This document shows, piece after piece, positions 1-12,017 of a stretch of 64,000 nucleotides of DNA (its first letter is position 1; every line of letters starts with the position of its first letter). The stretch comes from Octopus vulgaris (taxonomy: Eukaryota), in assembly GCA_951406725.2 (NCBI GenBank), contig OX597836.1, positions 30,070,001 to 30,134,000 of the forward strand. Direction: 5' to 3'. A model generated the notes under the pieces. The model searched no databases, had not been told where the DNA came from, and saw only the letters and a program-made list of their open reading frames with translations. The translations under genes and the position numbers were made by a program.

Positions 1-1271
1 ACACACACACACACACATATTTTTAAGATGGTAGAGTATGGTTTGGAGGAGATTCAACCTGGTATTTCTGGCAAGTCTATTGACTGTGATGACATGATGT
101 AGAAGCGCCTTTCCTCTCCTCGACTAGAGAGAGAGTTATGAAGTCTTGTAAATGTCTCAGAATAAAAGAAATCAGATTAATGAGTGGAGAGGTAAGGGTA
201 ATGAAAGATGTGTAGTGTGATGGTGATGGTGGTGGTGGAAGTGCATGAAAAAAAAGTTTAAAAAATGATAAAAGTACGAATAATAAGGTGGTTGTTATTA
301 TTACAGTTTAACCCCAGGTCAGACCTATGATCAAAAGTGTTCCAGAAATTATGATTTTATGCTTTTGTTTGAGGCAACTACATTATCCAGCAAAAATGTC
401 ATTCTGTAACCCTTTTACTGTGGAAATCAGATCTATCCACTCAAAATTATATTAACCTTAACTGCAGAAAGTAGTTATATATCCCAATCTTATCTTTTGT
501 TGAGGAATATCAAGTTTGGAACATTTTTTGTTGAGATATATCAAGTTTACTGAGGCATTGTGACTTGCAGAAAATCCCAATTCTATTTTTTGGGAGGTAT
601 TTAACATCATTACTGGAATAACCATGAAATTTAATTTCGCATTTAAAGGGCTAAAGCAGCAGACTGTGCTGTGAGAGGGATTTGGTTTGAGTGGACCCTT
701 ATTAATGCAGCCATGAGGCTTATGTCTTAATTAGGTGAATGATATAACTAGAATAAGTGTATGGGTAAAGAACTGAGTTAAAAGGGAAAATATTTTAAGT
801 GAAAAGTCAAATAAAACACGCACAAACAAACGCATGCATGAATATACAAACAAAATACATTTATATAGTATTCAGACATGTATCATCATCATCATCATTT
901 TAACATGCTCACATGAAGTAGAGAGAGAGTTTATTTGAGGTATATTTTCTACAACTGGAAGCCCTTCCTGCCATCAACTGTCATCTGTTTCTAAGTAATG
1001 TAATATTTCCCTATGGTGAGAAACAAAAGTACATTTGTGTTTAAATTAATTAAAGTGCATGTTGTGGCTATGTGTACACATTAGAATATACAAGTAGGCA
1101 CATAGGTAGATAGGTAGCAAAATGAACAATAATAGATAACAAATTGATGGAGACACTGACAAAATACACAAGTAGGTAGACAGTGGACTACATAGATCAA
1201 TGCAGAGTACGTGTGATGGTCAGAGAAGAGAACAGAAGACAGGTAGTCAAATTAAGAATTTAAAAACTTTA

Positions 1272-1328
1272 TTTTGCTGATTAAGTGGGAATAACACCGA
1301 AACATATTTGTAGTTGTCTCCCATATTT
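1272..1328 (+). ncRNA. Degenerate type I hammerhead ribozyme motif, copy 1 of 3
   Basis: ttttg CTGATTA agtg ggaataa cacc GAAA cata tt. The core is one change from CUGAUGA and stem II is gtg/cacc. The downstream ttgtctcc matches the copy at 1820. Confidence 0.45.
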
Positions 1329-1819
1329 ATCAGAGAAACATATTTAATATTAGTCACCGGCAAATATTGATTCCCCTGCATCCTCACTACATAACTATTT
1401 CTAATCTAACTTTACAATCAATTAATCTTATCCAAATTCACCCACCCATCCATCCACACATCTATTTGTCTGTCAGTTTCACCACCTATTTATTTCTTAG
1501 TAAGCTTTGCATTAGATATGGTAACACTAACTATCTATCTATCTATTTGCACACATGCTCATATACTTATCCTAAGTTAGCTTTTTACTGCTCGCTAATA
1601 TATTTACAGTTAATTGTAAAAGTAGCTTGCTGTAATTGATGCTACTAAAAACCAGGAAGAACTTGTAGAGTAAGAGCAAAGCCAATTCAATCAAGCACTG
1701 TAATGGACCACTAATGTAATTGACTATAAATCTTCAACTACAAAACGCTGACTTTAACAAATTGTTGAAACAAATCAATAATCTTGTACCTTTACTTCGT
1801 AATTCTTCCAAGAATGATT

Positions 1820-1880
1820 TCAGTCTATGCTTTGTTGATAAGGCCACAATAAAACTGAAACGTGACCAAAGTTGTCTCCT
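1820..1880 (+). ncRNA. Degenerate type I hammerhead ribozyme motif, copy 2 of 3
   Basis: ctttg TTGATAA ggccacaataaaact GAAA cgtg ac caaag. Stem I ctttg/caaag is perfect; the core is mutated. It shares tcagtctatgctt with the copy at 2404. Confidence 0.45.
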
Positions 1881-2084
1881 ATTCTTGTTAAAAAATAATT
1901 CAAAATAATACTAATTATTGGACTATTACTGTTTATTACCATACTGCACAATTACTTTTAATTATCTTGATAATGCTCTCTGCATTTAATAGTGTAATAT
2001 TGACTAACCTGTCTCTCAGACTTATTATGTAATCATTTCTAGTTCTTCTAGTGATGTTCAACCACATGAAATATATTAACACTA

Positions 2085-2310
2085 TCTGAATTCTAAAGGG
2101 TTCAGGTAACTCTATCAAATGTAATGCTTATTTATTCACATTGTTTTGAATTAATCATGTATTATCTCATAACTTTGAAATGTCAATGATATAAATGCTT
2201 AATTTTAGAATGACATTGTAGGGTAGGTGTAATAGGCTGGGTCTGGCCAGTTTAAACATAATGTAGGCTTTTTGAGCTGAATACGACTAGTTTAAATGCT
2301 AGAGGGTTAG
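2085..2310 (-). mobile_element. piggyBac-like MITE family 1 (partial)
   Basis: Reverse complement aligns with the TTAA-flanked elements at 29332-29542 and 32826-33053. Confidence 0.7.
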
Positions 2311-2403
2311 CAATCTATCTGTGTGTGTGAGTGTGTGTATGTGCGTGTGTGTGTGTCTGTCTGTCTGTCTCTCAATCAATTGATTGTTCTATTTGTCTAT
2401 ATC

Positions 2404-2470
2404 TCAGTCTATGCTTCACTGAGGAGAACCAATAAAACTGAAACACATCCAGAGTTATCACCATATTTAC
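2404..2470 (+). ncRNA. Degenerate type I hammerhead ribozyme motif, copy 3 of 3
   Basis: CTGAGGA gaaccaataaaact GAAA caca TC cagag. The CUGANGA core is intact and the motif aligns with the 1272 and 1820 copies. Confidence 0.45.
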
Positions 2471-3076
2471 CAAAGGGTAAGATTTACTTCACACTATTAT
2501 AGCTCCATTTAATTTTTAATCAATTGGTATTCTGAAGTCCTCTCCCTTGCCGCTCCTGACAAATTAATGCTAATGATTTTTCTCCCTCCCTTTATACATG
2601 TAAAAATACATTTTGGCTCATAACAAAGTGAGTTGAGCATGCCCTTAACTATTTATGTGTCTATCAATTCTGCATACAACATGTTGCAATTGCTGCTATT
2701 AAAACCCAGAATCTCTATGATAAATGCTGAGATAAGTAAATCAACCACTATAATGTACCAGTCATATAACTGGCTATAAAATTGTCCCCTGCAAAGAAGT
2801 TGACTTTGTACATCATTCATCTTTTACTTGTTTCAGTCATTGGGCCGTGGCCATACTGGGGCATTACTTTGAAGGGTTTCGTCAAAGAAATCTACCCCTG
2901 TACATTTTTTTTAAAGCCTGGTATCTTATTTTATCAGTCTCTTTACTAAGCCATTTAGTTACAGGGATGTAAAGAAACCAACACTGGCTGTGAAGTGGTG
3001 GTAGAGAATAACCCCCCCCCCCCCCCAACACACACACAAAAACGTAAAGATTGTCAGATGTGGTGTATAGATTTTA

Positions 3077-3212
3077 TATATTAAGAAAACAAGGTAATCA
3101 GAATTTTGGGTAATTATCTATTTAGTGCTTTTATCTCACTTTGGAGAAATAAGATGAAAGTGCTAAATAAATGATTATCCAAAATTCTGATTACTTTCTT
3201 TCTCTTAATATA
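3077..3212. repeat. Imperfect inverted repeat (about 60-bp arms) between TA dinucleotides
   Basis: tatattaaga..gtaatcagaattttgg..tatttag pairs with ctaaata..ccaaaattctgattac..tcttaatata. Confidence 0.85.
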
Positions 3213-3250
3213 CACACACCCACAAACACATCAGGCTTCTTTCAGTTTCT

Positions 3251-3486
3251 TATTCCTTTATTGCCCACACAAGGGGCTAAACATAGAGGGGACAAACAAG
3301 GATAGACAAAGAGATTAAGTTGATTACATCGACTCCAGTGCGTAACTGGTACTTAATTTATCAACCCTGAAAGGATGAAAGGCAAAGTCGACATCAGAGG
3401 AATTTGAACTCAGAACGTAAAGGCAGACGAAATACCACTAATCATTTCGCCCGGCGTGCTAATGTTTCTACCAGCTTGCTGCCTTG
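3251..3486 (-). mobile_element. SINE family M (Meta-domain-like) with 11-bp TSD
   Basis: Carries the reverse complement of gactttgcctttcatccttt..gataaattaagtaccag. TSD tttcagtttct at 3240-3250 and 3487-3497. Confidence 0.85.
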
Positions 3487-5090
3487 TTTCAGTTTCTGCC
3501 TACCAAATCCACTCACATGGATTTGATCAGCTCGGGGCTACAGTAGACACATGTCCAAGGTGCCCCTCAGTGGAACTAAACCCAAAACCATGTGGTTAGC
3601 AAACTTCTTACCAGACAGTCAGTTTGCACCTAAAAAGAAATCAATATTTATTCTTAGATTCTTCTATCCCGGTTTCACTAGATGTTTCATGGATGATAAC
3701 TTGTGAAGAAACCATAGAATTATCTTAATGACATACATTGGATCTGCAATCAGTTCTCCAGTGAAGCAATCAGTTTATTTAATGTTTAGAACATTTAAAG
3801 ATGGAAAGATACACAAAAATTTTTTTAAAAACTCCTATATAACCGTTTTTCAAAAAATACCATATCAATATTTTCTAGAGATTTTTCAGTCTTTTGTGAG
3901 TGTTTTTAAAGCACCTATTCAACGGACATTTCCCAGCGTGTAATTTAACTTAAATAAATAAAATCATATCTTAATGTGTGCTTACAAGAAGTGTAAACAA
4001 TATTAATCAGCTGCAATATAGTTTACCAGTACAGTCTGTCACAGCAAAAGAACATATTTTAATGAAAAGGTAAAAGTTCGGTATAAAAATTCATTTATAG
4101 AAACTCTTAAAGCCTTTTTTCAGCAAATTCATTGAAGAGAAAAACTATAAAAGCACTTCAAAAATTTACCAACTATCAATATATATATATATTTTCTTGT
4201 AAGAAAACATATTTAAAGAAAAATTACAAATGACAACAGAGCTATATATGGTAAAATATAATGTATAAAACTGCATAGAAAAGCAATGAAATGCAATACA
4301 GTATGGTTTTCAGAATATATTTTCTTAATTTTTAACAGCAATATTTTAAAACAATAATGTAAAAATAAAATCCCGAGGAAACTTTTTGTTATTTTACAGA
4401 ATTTTGCTTTCAAAAATGTATTCTCCATTTTTGGACGAATTTCAAAGAAACATTTTTAAAAAATAAAATTGAAAAAAAAGTGATGAAAAAATGTGTAACT
4501 ATAAACAACTGAAAGCAATTACAGCTATTACACAATTGAATATAGTGTATATAGCTATTACACATTTGTATATACTGTTATCTGTGGACAGAGATATTTG
4601 TATTGTATAGTGGTGTATGTGTGTGTGTGTATAATCAATATAGATAATCAACATGCTTGATATTGTAAAAATTTTTCAAAAATAATCAAATACATTACCC
4701 ATCCTACAAAATATATGTGCAAGAGTGTGTGTGTATATATATATATGCAGTTCCAACTGCATATGCATGTAAATTATATATAGAAGCTAATGTGTAATAT
4801 GAAAAACTTCAAAAAGAAATAGGTTTCAAACCTATATTTCTGAGTATTCTTTAGAAGAACGCAACAGCTCTACTTCATATGAAAACTTACTTAAAATGTT
4901 GTTCATAAACTGCTTTAGAATAGATGATAGCAAAGAGTAGACATTGGGGGGGGGGGGATGAATCCTGTATCTGTGGTAATTACAGGTGGGTGATTTTATG
5001 AATTTGCTGTTGTTGTAGTTATTCTTGTTTATTCCAGGCTAGCTGCATTTTGGCCATGAGCATAATCTTCCCAGCCCCTTTGTACGTTAT

Positions 5091-5480
5091 AGGTGCAAGC
5101 ATGGTTGTGTTTTGGTTAAGAAGTTTGCTTCGCAATCACACAGCATCAGGTTCAGTCCAACTTTGCAGCATCAGGTTCAGTCCCACTTTGCAGCACCTTT
5201 GGTCAGTGTTTTCTACCATAGCCCTAGGCTAACTAATGCTTTGTGAGTGAATTCGGTAGACAGAAACTGTGTATGTCTATGTTTGTCTGCCACAATTCTT
5301 GGCAACCAGTGTTGATTTCTTTACACCTCAATAATTAAGGGGTTCAGCAAAACGTACTGATAGAATAAGTATCAGACTCGAAAGTAAGTACTGGGGTCAA
5401 TTTCTCCAACTAAACCCTTCAAGGCAATGATCCAGCATGGCCACAGTCCTATGACTGAAACAAGTAAAAAAATAAAAGAT
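5091..5480 (+). mobile_element. SINE family A with a 25-bp tandem duplication of the B-box region
   Basis: tRNA-like head, cagcatcaggttcagtcc.actttg present twice, and the tail atgactgaaacaagtaaaa. Confidence 0.85.
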
Positions 5481-5843
5481 ATCAGGAGCTATACTGTCCA
5501 GTCTCTTTTATTTCTTAAAAGAGCAGAGTTTGATTAGGGGAGGATTTTACTGACATTTACAGCAAATCAAGCAATGAAATATAGGCTCCTTCATGGGCTT
5601 GTCTGAGTGTTATTGCTGCTTTTGTCTTTTAATCCCTGGTCTTCCCTGTTTAAACAAACCTATGATTGAAGGTATTCTTGGTTGTGACCATCATTCTTCT
5701 TGTTGAGAACTACATTAATTAATTTTTTATATATACAGGACTAAAATTGTCCAATATGTCCCCCTTCCCCACTTTTCTTTAAGATTTTAGAGTAATTTGA
5801 GGGAGATTAGGCTGCTATGTCTCTCCCTATCTGTCTGAAACAG

Positions 5844-5930
5844 CCTCTGTCAACATATTCAAATCTAAATCAAATTCAGATCTTGAACAGAAATCCTGTT
5901 ATTGCATAAGAAAAAAACTGACTTCTACAG
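5844..5930 (+). CDS. Weak candidate internal exon (SVNIFKSKSNSDLEQKSCYCIRKKLTST)
   Basis: cag acceptor, CAG|gtaaat donor, 87 nt with one open frame (phase 1-1). No recognisable homology. Confidence 0.2.
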
Positions 5931-6074
5931 GTAAATATTTTTACCTTTACCTTTATAAATTAACTGTTGTTAGAACTCTAATAATTCTTGATAATTAAAA
6001 AATTTAAAATATGGTCACAAAAGAGTTAAAGTTTAGAAACAGACAAGAGTGTGTGTGTGTGTGTGTTGATAGTG

Positions 6075-6262
6075 ATTTCAAATTTTGGCACAAGGCCAGC
6101 AATTTTGGCGAAGGGGGTACTCAACTAGCACTTATTTTATTAATCCCAAAAGGACGAAAGGCAAAGTGAAACTTGGTGGAATTTGAACTCAGAATGTAAA
6201 GATGGATGAAATTCTGCTAAGCATTTTGTCCGACATGCTAACCACTCTACCAGCTTGCCATG
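6075..6262 (-). mobile_element. SINE family M
   Basis: gaaaggcaaagt..ggaatttgaactcagaatgtaaag..ctaagcatttt is the reverse complement of family M. Confidence 0.75.
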
Positions 6263-7186
6263 TTAATGTGTGTTGATATTGTAGTTTAAACTTAGCCCCA
6301 GGTCATGCTTAACTGAGCAGCCCTATGATCAAATGCATTCCAACCATTACCATCCCTTATTTTTAGGGCTATCAAGCATTACATAATACAATGTGCCCTT
6401 CATTTTTTCTTCAAGTTGGCAGAGTATAATTTGAGGGAAATTTCGCTACTATTTCTAGTAGATAAAAACGACCACATAGAAGCTCCTGCATCTCATATAT
6501 ATGTGTTTCTATCTCTGTACATCTGCATGTGTGTGCACACATGTGTATATGTGTGTGTGCATTGTGTCTATAGAATAGAAAACAAATATTCAGGAAATTA
6601 AATGACTATTTTTCCCTCTCCCTAATCTATCATCATGACTAGATCAATGACATGTCATTGTTTCACAAAAGGGTAATTCATTTCAAGTTAAGTAATCCAT
6701 CTTCTTGATAAACAAATAAGTTGAGAACTACATTATTGTTCACATCACTGAATGAAGTGACTAGGGAAATCATAAATACATTTGGCACATAAAGGAGTAG
6801 TGCCGGGGGAGGATGTGCAGGCATTGGTTATTAGGCTTAGGAAGTTTGCATTGCAACTATACGGTTTCCAAGTTTGATTCCCAGTGCATGGCATTTGGAG
6901 AGCATGTTGTCGGCTATCATAGCCTTGAGTAGTGTGAAATCTGGTAGATGGTAACTGCACAGAAATCTGTCATGTATGCAATGTGTGTACATGGGAACAA
7001 GCAGATGTATATATATATATATATGCATGCAAATATGTTTCGGGTCTCAGTCAGTTAACATTAACTATGCGTCTGTGCATGTATGTATAAGACTGAGGAA
7101 GGCTTTTTTTTAGCAGCAAGAGTAGCAATTGTCTGTGCATGAAAGTTTGTCATTAATGTTTATCCAAGTGAAACACTATGGGCATG

Positions 7187-7830
<644 letters not shown>

Positions 7831-8924
7831 AGAGACGATAAAAAAAAAAAGAGAGAAACTTGTAAAACTTAGACATCTAGGTTCCCAGGCTGGAATATCA
7901 AATTTATTTCACCATTTTTCAAGCTGGTAATGTCAACAATGTGATTTAGTAACAACATTTGATGTAAGCAAGGCTTCAATGGGAATGCTCTATTTGGAAA
8001 AGACAGAGTGATCAAGAAGTGATAATTCACTGAACAGCAAATATAGGCATTCTCTTACAAGGGGCGAGAATATTGTAAACCAACACTGGAAGGTTTGTGG
8101 TCTGCCTGGAAGTTTATCTTTAATTCCCTCTTTACATTTGTTCATTTGCTTAATGTCCATTTTCTCCATGCTAATATTGGAGTTATTTGAGGTAGGATTT
8201 TTATGGTTGGATGCTCTTCCTGTTGCTAACTTTTACCTGTTTTTGAAGTAAGGGATTTTTTTTTTCCATTTCAGGGGTTTGTTGAAAGCATAGAGTGACC
8301 AGTCGTAATGGCAACAAAGAATGTCAATACCATTACTACTTTGCTCGAGTGATGACCAGTATGGAATATCAACATTCATGTACATTTGCATGCATGGCCC
8401 CTCACACATTAAAAGTTTCTTGGATTTACATTCTACCAAATTCACTCACAAGACATTGGTCAGCTTGTGTGTGTGTGTGTGTGTGTGTATGTGAGAGAGA
8501 GAGAGAGAGTTCAACAGTTGAACCACAGCAATTGAAGACAGGACCCAGTAGAATTGGTTCACTTCTGATAGAAGTCCTAACATTTCATATGGATAATTAC
8601 ATTGACTATTAATGGACAACCTGTGAGAGGAGGTAAATGCATGAATATACTGTAGTATTAATTCTACCTGTGTTGCAAAGGTAATTCTTAATCATTCTCA
8701 CCATCAGAAGTATAGTGAACTAGTGATTGGTCTATTAGAAACCTGTAATCTTTGACACTCATGTAACCTATGTTCACCGACATGCAGTATAAATTAAAAA
8801 GAAAAAAACAAGGAAAAGCATATGGAAAACCTAAGACCAGTTTAAATAGGTCTGGAGAGATCTAAGAACCCATAAAAGCTTTTACACTGCAATTTGTCAA
8901 AGAGAAAATATTCTTGCTTTAGAG

Positions 8925-9205
8925 AATATGTAGGAGCACTCCGTCGGTTATGGCGATGAGGGTCCCAGCTGATACGATCAACGGAACAGCTTGCTCGTGA
9001 AATTAACATGCAAGTGGTTGAGCATTCCACAGACACGTGTACCCTTAACGTAGTTCTTAGGGAGATTCAGTGTGACACAGAGAGTGACAAGGCTGGCCCT
9101 TTGAAATACAGGTACTATTCATTTTTGCCAGCTGAGTGAACTGGAGCAACGTGAAATAAAGTGTCTTGCTCAAGGACACAACACGTCGCCAGGAATCGAA
9201 CTCAC
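8925..9205 (-). mobile_element. SINE family B variant
   Basis: Contains cagctgagtgaactggagcaacgtgaaataaagtgtcttgctcaag, shared in reverse with 21003-21345. Confidence 0.75.
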
Positions 9206-9231
9206 AATATATATTATATATATATATATAT

Positions 9232-9410
9232 AATAGATTGCTAGCCACTATACATTCTTTATTTTCTCTCCTTATTTCTTTCTGTGAAAGAGCATAGGCT
9301 CGAAATGTTAAAGACATTTTCACTTCCTGAGAGTTATACTAATACATCTGTTTGTTGTCTAGACAACCTGTCTTCGTCTTTTGTCTTTTTGTGAATTTTC
9401 CCCACCTATA
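9232..9410 (+). mobile_element. Penelope-like pLTR remnant with a variant minimal hammerhead (9277-9314)
   Basis: tcttt CTG.TGA(a) AGAGC atag GCTC GAAA tg TT aaaga, inside (TA)n. A homologous copy lies at 30305-30490. Confidence 0.55.
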
Positions 9411-9429
9411 TATATATATGTATACAGCA

Positions 9430-9648
9430 CTCGTGCCAACACAATGTGAAAGCACCTGTGCTGGTGCCATGTAGAAAGCACCCAGCACACTCTGTAAAGT
9501 GGTTGGTATAAGGAAGAGCATCCAGCTGTAGAAATAAAGCTAAATCAGACTGGAACCTGGAACAGCACTCACACTTACCAGCTTTGGTCAAATCATCCAA
9601 CCTATGCCAGGATGGAAAATGGATGTTAAAGGATGATGATGATGATGT
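9430..9648 (+). mobile_element. SINE family C ((GAT)n tail, RTE-type 3' end)
   Basis: ggaagagcatccagctgtagaaa ... ggaaaatggatgttaaaggatgatgatgat. Confidence 0.75.
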
Positions 9649-9891
9649 ATATGAAAGGATTTCTTCAAATTAAAAATTATTTAAGAGTTTCTTAAAAATA
9701 GGTTATGGGCAGACCTGACAAAAGATATGATAAATTGTCTTCAAAACAATCTATCAGGTCCAGTTTGGCTGTTTTTTAAAAGATTTTGTTTTAGATAATT
9801 TATAATTGATGAAGATATCCTTTTCAAATATTGTGACTGTATGAAGAATGTTCTCTTAAATTTAAAAATTAAATTTTGAATATTGTGAACA

Positions 9892-10055
9892 CAGGAGTGG
9901 CTGTGTGGTAAGTAGCTTGCTTACCAACCACATGATTCCAGATTCAGTCCCACTGCATGGCACCTTGGGCAAGTGTCTCCTGCTATAGCCTCAGGTCGAC
10001 CAAAGCCTTGTGGTTGGTAAGCAAGCTACTTACTACAAAGTCACTCCTGCACCTA
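9892..10055 (+). mobile_element. Truncated SINE family A followed by an inverted copy of its own head
   Basis: 9892-9931 is reverse-complementary to about 10009-10050. Confidence 0.85.
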
Positions 10056-10724
10056 CGTAGAAGTTACTCATAATGCAAACTGGGATTGAACATGGAAACC
10101 TTTTGCCGCAAAGCAAACTTAACCGCACAGCCATCATGTATTTTCTTATTTAACCTTGTTTTGCTTTGTTTAATCAAGTGATTAATATCAAATATATAAA
10201 CAAGAGGAAGCACAGAATCACTTTTGCTTTTTCCTAATTGATTCCAAAAATGCATTAAAATCAGAACAAAAAAGGAAAAAAAAAATCCAAAAACCCCACC
10301 AAAAAATTCCATAGATTGAAATAGTAAATGTAAAGTCATCAGAACAGCTTCCTGAATGTCCAAATCCACCTTGACCTAGAAATCAAATCAAATATTAAAA
10401 CCTATCTACTCAACTATATTACATCCTTAAAATTGCATTTTACGAAATGTTGTTGTTGTTGTTGCAGTTGGCAAAAATTATTTCTATTTTCTTTGAATCT
10501 AGCACATTATAGCAAACATTTTCTAACCTTTAAAGATAGCACTACAATTTTGTTCCATGGAAAATGAAATGGCACACTATAAATAGAAATTTTGTTTCAG
10601 TATTATTTTCCAATGAAATATAGGCATTAAATAGAATATACTGTGTATTTTATCAGACATGCATGTGAGGCTGTATATGTATGCATGGTCAAAATACATA
10701 ATCGATATTCTATTTTAATCTATG

Positions 10725-11150
10725 CCAGGTGTGGCTGCATGGTATAGAACCTTGCTTCCCAGCCTTGTGGTCTTGGGTCCAGCCCCACTGTGTGGCACCT
10801 TAGGCAAATGTATTTTAGTATAGCCGTGGTCTGACCAACGCCAAATTAGTGGATTTGGTAGATAGAAACTGAAAGAAATCTGTTGTGTGTATGTGTGTGT
10901 GCATGTGTCTGTCTGTCTGTCTAACTATCTATCTATGTGTAAGTCTCTGTATTATGTTTGTCGTCCATCACTTTCTTGACAACTAGTGTTAATTTGGTTA
11001 CATCCCCGTAACTTAACAGTTCAGCAAAAGAGACTGACAGAATAAGTACCAGGCTTAAAACGTAAGTGGTGAGGTCAGTTCGTTTGAGCAATCCCTTCAA
11101 TGTGGTGCCCCAGCATTACCACAGCCCAACAAGTGAAACAAATAAATGAT
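10725..11150 (+). mobile_element. SINE family A
   Basis: A/B-box head, ggcacctt.ggcaa core, internal microsatellite and family tail. Confidence 0.85.
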
Positions 11151-11748
11151 AAAAAAAAATAAATGCGCAAACAACAAAGAAAAATAATGTGGTGATAAAA
11201 TATTCTGGTCTTGGGCAATTTTGTCACAAATGTATAATTTTGCAACATGTTTGTCTAATTTTGCAACACATGTTGGAAAGTGCAGGACTATAACATACAC
11301 TATAGCACTGATCTAACGAAGAAGTCTTGGCAAAGTTTGATCTGCTAGAAATAGCCAATGAAACTCCTTCAAATAATTCTTTCCAATTTTAGAGCAAGGC
11401 CAGCAATTTTAAGAGGAGAAAGCACGTTGATTACATTAACAGGAATACTTGACTGGTACTTACTTTATTGACCTCAAAAGAGTGAAAGGCAAAACTGACC
11501 TAAGTGCTTGATGCACTGAAGCATACAGCCAGAAAAAATGCCACTCAACATTTTGTCCATACTAATGATTTTGTCAGCTAGCCGCCTTTCAAATAATGCC
11601 CTAGTGTCTTCAATAAGGGAATGATATATTAGATAATATATTCCTAGACCTAACCCAATAACGGAGGGATGGTTACAACTAGAACGTTTTTTATTCTACA
11701 TCCTATCGATCAGGAATGGCTTGGGGCTAAACAACTACAGCTATGATA

Positions 11749-12017
11749 AATAAATAAAATAAGTGCGCCCTTTTAAAGCCTATCCAGGTTCATGGGCCCG
11801 GTTTCCCGGTTTCAATGGCTTATGTGTTCCCCAGCTGGACAGGACACCAGTCCATCACAGCATTACTCATTTTTGCCAGCTTCAGCTCAGTGGACTAGAG
11901 CAACATGAAATGAAGTGTTTTGCTCAAGAACACAACACGTCGCCTGGTCCAGGAATCGAAACCACAATCTTATGATCATGATGCTGACACTCTAACCACT
12001 AAGCCACGCGCCTCCAC
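11749..12017 (-). mobile_element. SINE family B with 12-bp TSD
   Basis: tRNA-like head (reverse of ggaggcgcgtggcttagtggttag..ggtttcgattcc). TSD acagctatgata at 11737-11748 and 12018-12029. Confidence 0.9.

Larger units (their letters stand above)
2820..3631 (-). mobile_element. tRNA-derived SINE family A (CORE-like), interrupted by two nested insertions
   Basis: Reverse complement of the family A consensus, with the tail at 2820 and the head near 3631. It is split by a palindrome at 3077-3212 and a SINE at 3251-3486. Confidence 0.85.
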
